Below, piece by piece: positions 47,913 to 61,796 of a DNA stretch of 64,000 bases (position 1 is its first letter; each line of letters starts with the position of its first letter). The DNA is from Eledone cirrhosa. Taxonomy: Eukaryota. The notes under the pieces are model-generated. The model made no database searches, was not told the DNA's origin, and saw nothing but the letters and a program-made list of their open reading frames with translations. Made by a program: the position numbers and the translations under genes. The stretch spans positions 259,904,001 to 259,968,000 of the forward strand of contig OZ024743.1 in the NCBI GenBank assembly GCA_964016885.1, read 5' to 3'.

Positions 47913-48036
47913 ATCAACTAGTATGAAATCTTGTAGAATTGGAAAATTCCAAACTGCTGCCATAAAGCAAAACACTATAGACTTCCAGGAAGTTAATATA
48001 CAGAACCCAATGACATTTCAAATAAAAAGACGGCCT
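47913..48036 (+). CDS. Delta-like gene B, exon 3 (second part of MNNL/C2 domain)
   Basis: ctaatttcag acceptor, CCT|gtaagt donor. Completes the phase-2 codon and reads STSMKSCRIGKFQTAAIKQNTIDFQEVNIQNPMTFQIKRRP, aligning to Delta CTYG...NPIRFPFGFTWP| including the conserved intron position. Not in the supplied ORF track. Confidence 0.8.
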
Positions 48037-48134
48037 GTAAGTATATATTCCTAATATTTATTTTTCTTTTCGAATTTCGAATTTTTATATTCTAAAAAAA
48101 AATACCATCACTGCACTAAAAATATATATGTATT

Positions 48135-48295
48135 TGATTATATACCCGGCAATGCCCGGGTATATTGTAAAAGTAACACTATGTCGGGTTGGATAAGGAG
48201 TAATAATATATATTTTTGGTAACTGTTCGTTCTCTAATTTCTGTGTACACACGGACACGCACACGTATTAAGACAATTTTCATTTATATTATAGA
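48135..48295 (-). mobile_element. Short degenerate Helitron-like element
   Basis: Minus strand starts A|TCTATAATATAAATG and has the hairpin TACCCGGGCATTGCCGGGTA. Terminal CTAG not visible. Confidence 0.5.
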
Positions 48296-49072
48296 TTAGC
48301 GAATAGAAATATTAAATATTAAAAGTATTTTTTAAGGGCTAAAATAATAAACAGAACGTAGGAAAATATGAAGAAATAGTGCGGGCGAAAAATTAAATAT
48401 TGAAAAAGGGGATGGGTGAATGCATGGATGTTATATCCTATTTGCAAATTATTGATATTTAATAAATAGATATAAAGCTTCAATGTGAGTGTGTGTCCGT
48501 GAAACATACATATACACCAAGTCCGAACACAAAGGAACCAAACTCCCACTACCACTGCTACCGTCTCTCCCGCTCTCATCATCTCTCACTATTATGAGCA
48601 AAGGGCCCACGCACTGTCCGCCCCGCGGCCCGACGGACAGAATAGAGAGGGTGTTTCCTCGCAGGATGGTGAGGGAGAAGCGCTGGAAGAGACATTCCAG
48701 CTCATTGTGAAGTGATTATTGTAATCACAATGACTACGACGGTTTGCTTTACACTAACGTTCACACTTTATTAACGTTTATGTATATTTCCTTGGGTTTA
48801 CTACATCTAGTCTGCCTCTGCAACTTACATCTAAACACTAGCTAGAATATAACATCTGGTATGCCTCTACATCTAACATCTAGATACTAGGTAAATTACA
48901 AGTGTTGTGTCAGGGTGGTGTTGGTGTGGAACAGTGCAGTTCTATGATAGAGAAACAGACAGACAGACGGATAGCTAGCTAGCTAGATAAATAGATAGAG
49001 AGAGAGAGGGGGGATAGACATGCATACAGACATACACGTAGACAAAAAGGCAGACAAATAGATAGATAAATT

Positions 49073-49119
<47 letters not shown>

Positions 49120-49352
49120 TTCTTTTTTTGCCACAAGGGCGCACAAGAAAAGGGGACAATACAAAGACATGCCGGGGATTTTACATACAGTCGTGTAAAA
49201 CAATATAAAACAAACAATTACAACAATCCAAACCCCCAATAGGGGGGAAGCGCTACAAATGGGTTGTTTAATACCCCGTCGATAGAACAACCCTCAACTC
49301 CAGGAGCGTGTTGTGCAAGTGCTCCTTTCTTCCTTTTGCTCTCTTCTTTAAC

Positions 49353-52300
49353 CTACACGCTTATAAACAGAGAAGGCCCAATCACTCGGGCCATTTTCGC
49401 TTCATTCACCCACCTTTCAGTAAATTTACTGGGGTGCAGTGCGTCTCTCTCCACTCTGATTCTCCTTCTAAAGTGATACTTAAAGAAGGGAATCAATTGT
49501 TGTCCGGAGAGAAAGGCATCTGTCCTCAGTCCTCTCAATCTCATCCACCATATAACTTCTTTCACCATAGCCACTCTACAGAGGAAAACCGCCTCTCTTT
49601 CGTTTTTGAAAGAGGCTGGCGGTTTGATCCTTACTATGGACTCGGCAGTCAACTGGATTTGTTCCATACGCGACAGCAGTTGTTCTTCATAATTCCACAG
49701 GTCGGTTACGCCCGGGCAGTGTACAATTGCGTGCAGGACTGTCTCAATGTCCTGCGCGCATCTTGGACACGTCCTCTTGGAAGGATCCCTGCCAGGGTGT
49801 CCGTGCCTGTAGATCTTGTCACGAACCGGTAGAGCTCCTCGGTAGCACTGCCAGGCCAGGGACCTCTGGAAGTTGTCCATAGGTCCCGGGCGGAAAGTCC
49901 TACCAAACAGACTGGTGAGCTCATCGTCGTCGTCGCCCTTGTAACGTACAATCCCTCTATAGAATGTCGAAGTGGAGTCTTCGCTGATTGCCGTGCCCGC
50001 TTACCAGAGGACTGTGAGCGCCTGAGCGCATTCAATGTGCCAGGCGCCCATCGTTTTCGGTCTTTTCTTGACCCAGGACTGCAGCTCCGTCAGCGAGACG
50101 AGCTGCGGGGAAGCCTGTCTCACAAACGGTGCCTACACCGGTTGGGGGGTCGGTGAGGAATACCTGGAGATGCCGCAGCCTCAGCGCATGTTTTGCGCAT
50201 CATCAACCACGGCATTCCCAGCCCTCCGTTGGAAGGGTGCTGACAGCAGACGGATCTCCTCACCAGCGGAGCCTGCTTCTTCCACAGAAACTGGCGAGGT
50301 GTTCAGGGGGACAAGGCACGACAGTCAAGCGGTAGTAGATGACGGACGCTATGAAAGTGTTCGCCACCTCCACTCGACCTTTCAAGGACAGTTTGCACTC
50401 TGCCCACTTCTGGGTGAGAGCAAACACCTTGGCCGTGACCTCGTTCCAGTTTTTCTCCTCCTGGAGGTCTGGACCGAACCAAACCCCGAGCAATTTCACC
50501 GGTCCGTCCGTCCAGCGTCCAACGACGCAGTCGGACGTCATCGGTTTGCCTCTGCACGTACCGAGTTGCAAACCGACAGGCTTGTCCGGGTTTAGTTTTG
50601 TTCCCGTCAGCGTTTCGTATTGTTTCAGTAAGTTGCCGATCACCCCGATTTCCGAGGTGCTCGACACCATTACCGTCACGTCGTCGGCATAAGCCGATGC
50701 CGCTTTGCGCAGTCCCGGTTCTAGAGGGATGCCCTGCAACAGCTCCAATTTCCGCAGTAGTGGCTCTAGAGTCAATACATACAGAATGGAGGAGAGAGGG
50801 CACTCCTGTCGAATGGAACGCGTGATTGCGAACGGCTCCGATAGGTAGCCGTTCACCTTGACCCTCGAGCAGATGCTGGTGTGTATCGCCTCGATCCAGC
50901 CTCTGAAAACGGGACCGAAACCGGCCGCCTTGAGAACCGCTTCCAAGTATCGATGGTCGACCCTATCGAATGCCTTAGACTGATCCAAATTGATCAGAGC
51001 CCCACCGAAGCTGGGTTTACTACCCACCCTCTCTATGATGTATCGCATGAGATGGAGGTTGTCGTATATGGACCTGGTCGGGATTGCACATGTTTGCGCT
51101 TTCCCTACCGGGTTCTCGACGACAAGTGCCAACCTCGTCTCTAGCACCTTGGCCAAAATCTTTAACTCTGTGTTGAGCTGAATTATGGGCCTGAAGTTGT
51201 TAATTTCGTGCCCCTTGTTCTCGTCTTTCCTGATCAGCGTTACTAGGCCCTTGGCTGCAGAACTGGGAATTCTCCCGTTCTGCTGCCAATTGCAGTAGAC
51301 GGCTTCGAAGACGCCAGAGAACAAGTCCGGCATGCCTATGTAAAACTCATAGGGTAGACCATCTAGACCTTGTGACTTGCGTTTCCCGCAGCGGCCCAGA
51401 GCGTCTCGTATCTCAGTGTCCGTGATCGCTCTTTCGCAGAACTCGGCGTCCGTGTTCGAGAGACGTGGCAGGCCGTCGTGGTATGAACTAAAGTCCATTA
51501 CCCAGTTCGGCTCACCGTCGTTCTGTTCAAACAGTCGCGCAAAGTGCTGCTGAAAGGCCGCGCACATTTGCTTGGGGTCAAGTAGCACGCGTCCGTTTTG
51601 GTCTTTCAAAGACCGAATCGTGGACTTGTTGCCACTTTTTGCCTCCGCCACTCGGGCACAGCTGACAGCTTTCGCTCCTTCGTTTCCTAGAGCACGTGTT
51701 TCTGACCACGCAGCCTTCTGACCACGCAGCCTTCGTGTTTCGCGTCGAAGAACTGGTCTAGTGCCGTTCTCGACGCTAACATTCTAGCCGCGTTGCCACT
51801 TCTAAGTGCCTCCTCTACCTTGGCTACTAGTTCTCTTTCTATTTTGTTTTTCTCTAAGGCTAACTCTCTGCTAAACTCTATCGATTCTACTCTAATTGCT
51901 TTCTTGAGAGAGTACCACCATCTATTGTTGACGATGGCTCCCGTTAACTGTTGCTTGACTAGTCTACTTATCCGTTCACTGTAAGCTTTACGTGCCGGCA
52001 ACGACACGTTCAGCTTCCAGTATCCCGGTTCCTGTCTATGTATTCTATCACGGTTGACTAAGCAGACGACTAATTTGTGATCTGAGTAGGCAACCATGTG
52101 CATTCGTGGACAGCTTAACATCTCCTTGTCCCTTTCTCTGATGAAGAACCTATCTAGATACGATCTAGATGTCCCGCTGCGGTTTGCCCACGTCCACTGT
52201 GGTGCAGTCGGGAAATCCAGTCGATACCTATCGGCCAGTTGGAATTGGCCGATTAAAGTTTTGAGGCTGTTGCACCCCCCTCTACTGGGACATGCTCCCA

Positions 52301-52729
52301 CATAGTCCCATCGTGCATCTAGGATACCATTCCAGTCCCCCACTAAAAGTAAGGAGCGAGATGTTCCCAGAAAAGACTCTAGGCGCTTAAAGAAGTCTGG
52401 CCGTGATTGCGATTACCCGGTCGGGGCATAAACGGCCACCAGTCTGAAGGCTCCACCTCCAATACTGTTCACGTCTAGGACTACCAGTCTACCCTCCGGG
52501 TCCAAGTGTACTTGCTGTACTTCGAAGTCCAGGTTCTTCCGAAACATGACAGCCACTCCCCCTCCACCTCCTGGCTGACAGAGAGATGCGTAGATCTCAA
52601 AGTCGTCGAAGATGGGGGTTAGTTGCTGCCTGTTGTGGATCCTGGACTCGGTGATGGCTATCACATCCATACCGTGTGACCTAAGGTCGTTTAAAAGTTG
52701 GCCCTGCTTCCAACTCGTAAACTAGCCAT
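49353..52729 (-). pseudogene. Tx1 ORF2 (APE endonuclease - RT - zinc knuckle), frameshifted
   Basis: DVIAITES, VYAP, GDWN, SYLDRF, YSDH (APE); GLDGLPYEFY, NFRPI, LDQSKAFDRVDH, AYADD (RT); CPRC..ETVLHAIVHC. Confidence 0.92.
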
Positions 52730-52759
52730 GTTGGTGGAGAAGAGTTGGCGAAAAGGACG

Positions 52760-54779
52760 AAAAGGTGCACTTACCTTTTCGTTTCCTGGAGATCGGGTTG
52801 TTCAATCTCCATTTCAGTTCTGGTGGGGGTGATGGGTGGGGTGGGGAAACATTTTAATAAGACGCGGTTAATAGGTTTTTGACAGGGGTTGCCAACATCC
52901 TGCGAAAACTGTTTTTTCAATTTCTGATAGGTTTCTATCGAAACCCTTATTAGTTTTAGTTGTGGAGACGATTCTGCTTTGACGAAGTTTTGCCCTTCGT
53001 CTCCACCTTGGTGTTTTGGGAGATGACCTCCATCAAACTCTTGTTGTTTGTGTTGATGTATGCGTATTGTTGTTTGTGTTTTTATTGTGTTGTTTTAGTT
53101 TGTTGTTCGTCCGGGAGTTTTCTTTTTATGGTGGGTGATTGTGTTTGGGGTGGTGTTGGTGTTGGTTTTGCTGGTAGGGGGCTGTTTGACTGTGGTGTTG
53201 TTTGTGTCTGTGGCTGTGTATTGGTGTTGGTGATTGGAGTTTTGAGGGTTTTGCGGTGTCTCTTTTTTTTGTTTTTTATCGATTGTTGTGTTGTTTTAGT
53301 TTGTTGTTCGTCCGGGAGTTTTCTTTTTATGGTGGGTGCTTGTGTTTGGGGCAGTGTTGGTGTTGGTTTTGCTGGTAGGGGGCTGTTTGACTATGGTGTT
53401 GTTTGTGTTGTTGTTTGTGTCTGTGGTTGTGTGTTGGTGTTGGTGATTGGAGTTTTGAGGGTTTTGTGGTGTCTCTTTTTTTTGTTTTTTAGATTTCCGG
53501 GGCTCTCCTTCTTCTTCACTTAAAGAAGGAGAAGCAGCCTCATCTGTCGAAGAATAATCATCGTCAGGAGTGTGGGGTAGGGGTATGTTGTGTGGTGGTG
53601 GTGTTTCGGTGTGTGTGTTTGTGGTAGTGTTTGATGGAGTGGGATGGGTGGGGCTGTGTTCTTCAGGGGTGTTGTCTGTGTTTTTTCTGTTGTTGTTGGT
53701 GTGGCTGTTTGTTTTGGTGTGTTTGCTCGTTTCGTCTGTTGTTGAACTTGTGGTGGTGGTTGTTTTGGTGTTGGTGTTGGTAATAGTGATTTTTAATGAT
53801 GTTGTTGTGGTGTGTTTGTGAAGGACAGGAGGCCTTTAGGTGTGCTGTGCTACCACAGCGAAAGCAATGAAGTTTACGACCCTCCACCGAAATGTCTATT
53901 CTGTTGTTGTCGTCGATGACGACTTTTTCGGGTATTTTGGAGATTCTCTCCGGCCTCATTTGTATCAGAATCTCCAAATCAGTACCCGCCCACCTTTGTC
54001 TAATAGACTTTCGTATCGAAAGAATCATATCAGTCTATGGCTCTACGAAGCCAGCCAAGAGCCACCAGATGTTAATGTTTGGTGGTATATATATATATTT
54101 TGTTTTGTCCTTTTTTCCATGTACGTAGGGAAAAGGTGAATGCTTTTGACATTGATGTCACAGAATGATTTTGGGCGAGTGCCTCGCTTTTAAACAGCAC
54201 GGAAACACTTCCGTACTGTTTTCCTCGCTGGAGAAAGTCAATATTTGCTATAGTCTCCTTGAATGTGGCTTCTATATCTCCTTGACTAATAAATATTGGC
54301 TTTCTCGTTGTGTTGGAGACAGTCCAAAAGGTCACTGTCCTTCGAACTGTCTCTTCTTTTATTTCGAGCGGTGAGTTAATTCTAAACCCACCCTTGTCTT
54401 CGAAAGTTACACATTTCCTCCCTTTCTGGAGCATATCTCTTGCATTGGAGATGTCAAGATTTATAAAATCTTGTTTTTTGTTCACTGTTTCAGCGAAAGA
54501 CATTTGTTTGTGTGTGGTGTTGTTGTTGTTGTTGTTGTTATCATTGTTAGCCTCGGTGTTGGAAATCTCAATTTCTTGACGAGATGAAACTTTATGTGTA
54601 GATGTATCTCTGGAGTTGTTGTTGTCTTTTTCATGTGTATGTATGTTAATAGGTTTAATTCCTGTGTTTTCCTGTGTGTTATTGTTATTTTTCTCCGCTT
54701 CCACGGTCGAAATTTTAAAATCTTCAAGTGGTAATATTTTTTTCTCTTTGTTGACAGTCGTATCTATGGCGACGTCCAT
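52760..54779 (-). pseudogene. Tx1 ORF1, frameshifted, with a ~200-bp internal tandem duplication (53085-53490)
   Basis: ORF pieces 54072-54779 and 53663-54028 carry a gag-like CCHC knuckle, followed by a low-complexity T/Q/N/K tail. The 3' boundary is approximate. Confidence 0.75.
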
Positions 54780-55114
54780 AGTAGCAGAAGCAGATATAAC
54801 GTTAATATCTGCCTCTCTACCTCTCTGTCGACGTTCTCTAGCGTTCTTTCCGAGCTATTTATGTTTTATAGTTTTCGCCCCTAAAGGGCCCCGATAGTTT
54901 TCGCCCTAGTATTCATGTTTTATTTTTCGCCGCTAAAGGGGCGAAAAATGGGATTACCATCCAGCTGAGAATTCAGTTTAGGGGTTAATCTACAAAATGA
55001 TATGTTTTTTCAAACAATTAGTTCGGTTTTTTGCATAGAAATTAACAAAAAAGCTTACCGGCGATGTTCCACGCGTCAAACAGATAAAGAGATAGATATA
55101 TAGATAGATAGATA

Positions 55115-56953
55115 ACTTTCTTTTTATTTGCCACCAAGGCATCAAAGAGTGGGACAAGTGCAATGGGGGGAGTTTAAATAAAAAGGAGTCTTCAATAAGA
55201 ATGCAATAACAAAATATAAAAATATAAAAATATAAAATATAACAAAAATCAATTGAATAACAAAATGCTCAATAGGGAGGAGGCGCCTTGGGGGGTCGCA
55301 CACACCCCCGAAAAAAGTGTGTAACCCTTCTCCTCAGGTGCACAGAGAGGGGTGCTCCCTTGATCTTTCATCTTTCTCACCTACAGTCTGATGTAGAGTG
55401 AAGGCCCATTCACACGGACCATTCTCGCCACTTTCACCCATCTTTCATAAAAACGGCTGGGGTGCAGCACCTCTCTCTCCATCCTGATCCTTCTTCCGAA
55501 ATTATATCGGAAGAAACGGACCAGTTGTTGGCCAGAGAGAAAGGCGTCTGACCTCAGTCCTTTCAGACGTGTCCACCATACAACCTCTTTCGCCATGGCT
55601 ATTACGCACAGGAACACCGCCTCTCCTTCCTTTTTGAAGAGGGGAGGCGGCTTGATCGTTACAATAGACTCGGTGATCAACCGGATCGGTCCCATCCGTG
55701 ACAGCAGTCGTTCGACATAGCCCCACAGATCGGCAATGCCCGAGCAGTGTACTAATGCGTGTGCAACGGTTTCCTCGTCGCACACGCATCTAGGACAGAT
55801 CTTTTTCGAGGGGTCCCTACCCGGGCGCCTGTGTCTGTAGAGCTTTTCTCGAACGGGCAGAGCCCCTCGGTAGCACTGCCAGGCCAGGGACCTCTGGAAG
55901 TTATCCATAGGTCCCGGGCTGAATATCCTACCGTACAGGTTGGCCAGTTCGTTTTCCTCCATGCCTAGGGCTTCTCCGAGGGCGTCGTCGCACCTGCTAA
56001 CCACCAGCCCTCTATAGAATGACGAGGTGGATTTTCCACTGACAGCCGGGTCCGCCTGCCAGAGAGCCGTGAGCGCCTGGGCACACTCGGTGTGCCAGGC
56101 GCCCAGTTTTCTCGGTCTTTGCTTGACCCAGGACTGCAGCTCGGTGAGCGAGACGAGTCTGGGAAAGGCTCGCCTCACAAACGAGGCCCACACCGGTTGA
56201 CCGGTGAGGAATACCTGTAGGTGCCGTAGCCTTAATGCGTGTTTACGCATCATCAGCCACGGCATCCTCAGCCCTCCTTTCGAAGGGTGTTGACAGCAGA
56301 TGGATCTCCTCACCATAGGAGCCCGCTTCTTCCAAAGGAATTGGAAGAGTGCGCGCTCTATTTTGGCGAGCGTTTCCCTTGGGCAAGGCATGACGGTCAG
56401 GTGGTAGTAGTTGACGGACGCTATATAAGTGTTTGCCACCTCCGCCCGACCTTTCGGGGACTATTTACACTCGGCCCACTTCTGGGTCAGTGCAAACACC
56501 CTGTTCGTTACCTCACCCCAATTCTTCTCCACCTGAGGTCTGGTCCGAACCAGACCCCGAGCAACTTCACCGGGCCCTCCGTCCAGCGCCCGACGACGCC
56601 AGCGGAGGGCATCGATTTGCCCATCCACGTGCCGAGTTGCAAACCGATCGACTTGTCCCGGTTCAGCTTAGCCCCTGTAAACCTTTCGTACTCCTCCAGT
56701 AAGGTGCCGATCGCCCCGATTTCCGAGGCCGTCGACACCATTACTGTTACGTCATCGGCGTAGGCCGACACCGCTTTCCGCAATCCCGGTTCCAACGGGA
56801 TTCCCTGCAACAACTCCAACTTCCGTGGCAGTGGCTCTAGAGTCATTACATACAGAAGGGAGGAGAGAGGGCACCCTTGTCAGATGGACCGCGCGATTTC
56901 GAACGGTTCCGAGAGGTAGCCGTTCACCTTGACTCTAGAGCCGATGCGACTGC
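55115..56953 (-). mobile_element. 5'-truncated Tx1/L1-clade LINE (copy 3)
   Basis: AYADD RT C-terminal half plus CPRC..ETVAHALVHC. Flanked by (GATA)n on both sides, in tandem with copy 2. Confidence 0.92.
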
Positions 56954-57009
<56 letters not shown>

Positions 57010-57122
57010 AACCGCAAAGTTCATAGTTTCTTTATACAATTCTAATTGAACGTGTGGCGCGGGTTACTGATTGGCAGTGAACAATGATAGATCTCTGATG
57101 ATAAGGTTTCATTATTTGTATC

Positions 57123-58044
57123 AGGGCGGTGGATTGGCAGTATCGGTAGAGGGTCAGACACCATGCTTTCCAGCATAGTTACGTCCCTTTACAATCTGAG
57201 TTCAAATCCCGCCGAGGTTGACTTTGCCTTTCATCCTTACGGGGTCGATAAAATAAAGTACCAGTAATGCACTGGGTAATTGCTGGCCTTGTGCCAAAAG
57301 TAGAAACAATTATTTGTATCATTGAAGGGCGGTAGATTGGCAGTATCGGTAGAGGATCAGACGCCATGCTTTGTAGCATAGTGTTACGGCCCTTTATGAT
57401 CTGAGTTCAAATCCCACCGAGGTTAGCTTTGCCTTTCATCCTTACGGGGTCGATAAAATAAAGTACCAGTCACGCACTGGGCTCGATTTAATCGACTTTC
57501 CCCTCCCCCAAAATTGCTGGCCTTGTGCCTATATAAGAAACCATTATTTGTGTCATTCAAGTGTGGTGTATTGGCAGTATCAGTAGAGGGTCGGATGCCA
57601 TGCTTTACAGCATAGATTTACGTCCATTTACGGTCTGAGTTCAAATCCTGCCGAGGTTAACTTTGCCTTTCATCCTTACGGGATCGATAAAATAAAGTAT
57701 CAGTAATGCACTGGGATAATTGCTGGCCTTGTGCCAAATATAGAAACAATTATTTGTATCATTCAAATATAATACTACCATTAGGGATGTCATATCATTA
57801 TCACTATCATATCGTTATTGTTTATTGTGTCGTGTCATTATGCAGTGTTGTTATGATATGATGTGTTGTGATGTTGCAATGTGTTCTGATGTTACGTTGT
57901 GATTTTGTTACGTCGAGGTTAGCTTTGCCTTTCATTCTTACGGGGTCGATAAAATAGAGCACCAGTGAGTACTGGGGTCAATTTAATCGACTGTCAATTC
58001 CCCTTCAAATTGCTGGTCTTGTGCCTAAAGTAGATACAGTTATT
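57123..58044 (+). mobile_element. Three tandem full SINE family A copies plus one partial copy
   Basis: Units at 57123, 57328 and 57563 are separated by ATTATTTGT(A/G)TCA linkers; partial copy at 57914. Confidence 0.9.
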
Positions 58045-58294
58045 ATGCTGTAATATTGTTATATTGTGTTGCGATGTTGTTATTACCTAACTATTAGCTA
58101 CAGTAGCCTCTTAGTAAAATGTCAGCTATCATTCCGATCTTCCAATAAATATTATTATTAAACAGCACCGAGCAATGATTCTGCTAATAGTAGTTCTAGG
58201 AGGGCTGGTAGCAGCGGCGGCGGTGTCGGCCGTGGCGGCACGGGTTATGTTGGTGGTAGTTGTGGTTGTGGTGGTTTTGATGGTGGCGGTGTGC

Positions 58295-58522
58295 CTCTAC
58301 CTTTTACATCTAGACACTAAGTAAATTATTACATCGACTGTCACCCTACATCTTACATCTAGACACAAGGTAAATTATTACATCTTGAGTGGATCTACAT
58401 TTTACATCTAGACACAAGGTAAATTATTATTTCTGGAATGCCTCTACATCTTACATCTTGGTAAATTATTACATCTGGAGAGACCTTACATCAAACATCT
58501 AGACACTAGGTAAATTATTACG
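58295..58522. repeat. ~39-bp degenerate minisatellite (ACATCTAGACAC(A/T)AGGTAAATTATT), also at 48800-48900
   Basis: About 6 units, followed by a (CTA/CTG)n tract to ~58850. Confidence 0.85.
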
Positions 58523-58606
58523 ATTTTTACAATGATTTTATTACTACTACTACTACTACTGCTGCTGCTGCTGTTGTTGCTGCTGCAACTGCTTATGCTA
58601 CTACTA

Positions 58607-58692
<86 letters not shown>

Positions 58693-58772
58693 GCTGCTGA
58701 TGCTGATGCTACTGCTGCTGCTGCTGCTACTACTACTACTACTGCTGCTACTACTACGACTACTACTACTGC

Positions 58773-58807
<35 letters not shown>

Positions 58808-59513
58808 GCTGCTCCTACTACTACCACTATGACTACTACTATTACTAATACTATTGCTAATAACACTAATACGACTACAACTTACGTTAGTAAAAGAAAC
58901 GACGAACAAATTCAATTCTACACACCTTCAAGGAAATGTATTAAGTATTTATTTATTACTATTGTCGGACTTGTATTGTGAAGGCTTGTAGCGAAGATTT
59001 GCTGCGCTGTTTGAGTTAAAATTGCGAATTATAAACATATAGAGAGTGCTCGACATGAGAAACAATAACGTTTTGCATAGCAATAACTAAAAAGTGAGCT
59101 ATCCATTGGGGGTTTACTAATTTTCTGTATGTGTATGTGTGTGAATTAGAGGAAAAAGAGATGAAATTTGAGCCTATGATATGGTTATTGAGCGAAGATT
59201 GAATCTGATGTTAGCAAATAACTTGCAATTTCACAGAATTGCATCATAAAACGACGACTGCCAAAGATCTATTGTTAGTCATTGCCGTTTATTGCTCTTT
59301 AATATTCTCTCTTACTGATTCTCAGACAAGAATAAGTAATTAAATGGCTAAATCAGAACATTTTCAATATTACTTAGAGCTCTTGCCACACACACAAACA
59401 CACAGACATACACACGCACTCACACACACAGATACACACAGACATATATGTATGTATATATATGTGTGGGTGAGTGTGTGTATTATATAAATATATATAT
59501 ATATATTTATATA

Positions 59514-59558
<45 letters not shown>

Positions 59559-59595
59559 TTATATATATATATAAAAATATATATATATTTATATA

Positions 59596-59660
<65 letters not shown>

Positions 59661-59686
59661 TTATATATTTATTTATATATTTTATA

Positions 59687-59777
<91 letters not shown>

Positions 59778-61447
59778 ATACGTGTGTGTATTTTGTATGT
59801 CTGGGTGTAGGATTTTGAATGAGTAATTATGGGAATTTTCTTATTTATTTGTTTAAATTCTCATTACTGTCTAAGAACCAGTAAAGGGCCATTTGTTTAC
59901 TTAATGTATATAAAATGATATAGCAAATGATAAGTGTAATAAATTTTGGCTGAAAGTATCGTCCATTATTTTAGGAACCTATTCTGAGAATTTATCCAAA
60001 CTACTTATCACGTATAATATACGACAAAATAGTCAGTTTCCGGTCAAAGAGTGTCTACATTAAAGTAACAATCAGCTCTGGAAAGAACCAGTAATCAATA
60101 GAAACTGTAAATGATATGAGAAGACAGAACCACAGAAAAGTACTTAGGAATAATCCCTTACACAAATATTATACCCGGTAAATAACTGAGTGCTAATATA
60201 GATAGATGTGCAACGACCAAAACGTTCCTCACAGAAAACAAGGTTTAGTTCCGAAATAGCTCAGTAAATATACGAAAGTGAATTCTAAATTCAATCAAGA
60301 TAGATGTCAAAAGTAATATAAACAACACTAAGAGGCAATATCTACAATACTAACGTTCAAGCAACCACCCTCAACAGTCAAGAGGATCAGAATTAATTCA
60401 GTAAGTCCGAAGGTATTGCTGGTATTCATTTTTTATTGCAGAGTTAGATTTAGGCTGATTCACCGCTCAAACAAAGCTTAAATAAAAAGGGCTTAGAAAC
60501 AATTATATAGATATAGACCCTAAGAAGAGGAATTTTCTTGGAAGTTTTATTTCCCATTTTTCTGGTGTTAAAAATAATAATGGAATTATTCAACTACATT
60601 ACTTGAGAATTTATAGAGTTGTTAGAACGTCGGATAAATTACTTTGCAGTATTTTCACTGTATGTCAGCAATCTAAATTTAAATCTCAACGAGGACAGCT
60701 TTGCTTTCCATCTTTTTGAGATCGATAAATACAGTACCAGTTGAATGTTAGGCTTCATTAGTTCTAAATTCCCAAGACTGTGCTTCAACGACTCCATCGA
60801 AACAAGATTCGCAATGGAGAACCGATAAGTCATTATTTTGTGAAGAGGAGTCAGTTCAAATTGTATACAAAGGACGAGACCCAATAGAGGGCCCTGATTC
60901 AAACAGTCTATAGATTTAGTAGCAAAACATAGGGGAGCATGTGACCTGAACATTTTGATAAAGACACTCAACAAAATAGAAAATTAACAAAAAGAAAGAA
61001 CATCAAAATAAAAAAAAATAGATATCAAAATCAAAGAGATCGAATATGATCACAATATATAAATGTTTGGTAAACAAACTAATTGACACAATACAGACAA
61101 AATATTTTAAATTTAAAAAATTGGGAAATCAGATTGGTAAAGAACAAAATACAAAACGAAATCTGTATAATTAACACAACCAAATAATTAACTTCAATGT
61201 GATAAATTTTACAGGAAACCAAGTAAAAAATCAGCTAGGAACACAAGGACATTGATAATAAGATTTAGAGTAGATTCAATGTAGACACTATAAGAAGCCA
61301 ATGAAGCAAGAAGCATAGACATTGTGCAACATTACAACATGAACTAGTAAACTACAGGAGAAAAATAAACTTAATAAGAAACACGATAAAAACACAAAAT
61401 TGTTCTGTGTAGAAAGGGGGTTGTATAAAAGACTTTATATATGTATA

Positions 61448-61796
61448 CAGTGTACCACCGGCATTCGCGGTCCCGGTCATTCGCGGAATTTTCCTTAGAA
61501 CTTAACTAATAATTGTTCGTGGAAACCACTATATTATTCGCGGAATCGTAAATATCTTCTGCGATTGTTTATATGACTTTTTTCGTGGCAATATATATAT
61601 ATATTTTTTTTTTAACGCTAAATTATTAATAACAATATACCGTATTTGCCGGCCTATTGGGCTATTTTTCTAATTATATTTTACGTTATATTTTAACGTT
61701 TATCAGCATTTTTATGGACCACGTCCAATATTCGCGGTGGTTTACTATTCGCGGGTGCTCTAGGAACGAAACCCCCTCGAGTAGTGGGAACAATTG
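61448..61796. mobile_element. pogo/Tigger-like MITE
   Basis: TA|CAGTGTACCACCGGCATTCGCGG ... CCCTCGAGTAGTGGGAACAATTG|TA degenerate TIRs, repeated ATTCGCGG subterminal motifs and an AACGAAACCCCC end motif. Confidence 0.65.

Larger units (their letters stand above)
49119..55082 (-). mobile_element. Near full-length Tx1/L1-clade LINE (copy 2), degraded
   Basis: ORF1 with CFRCGSTAHLKASC knuckle; ORF2 with APE, RT and C-terminal CCHC. A-rich 3' end. Both flanks are (GATA)n. Confidence 0.93.

Noticed and set aside
57123-57215. tRNA genes suggested by A/B boxes
   Set aside because: They are SINE heads that continue into a shared body and tail; no full cloverleaf.
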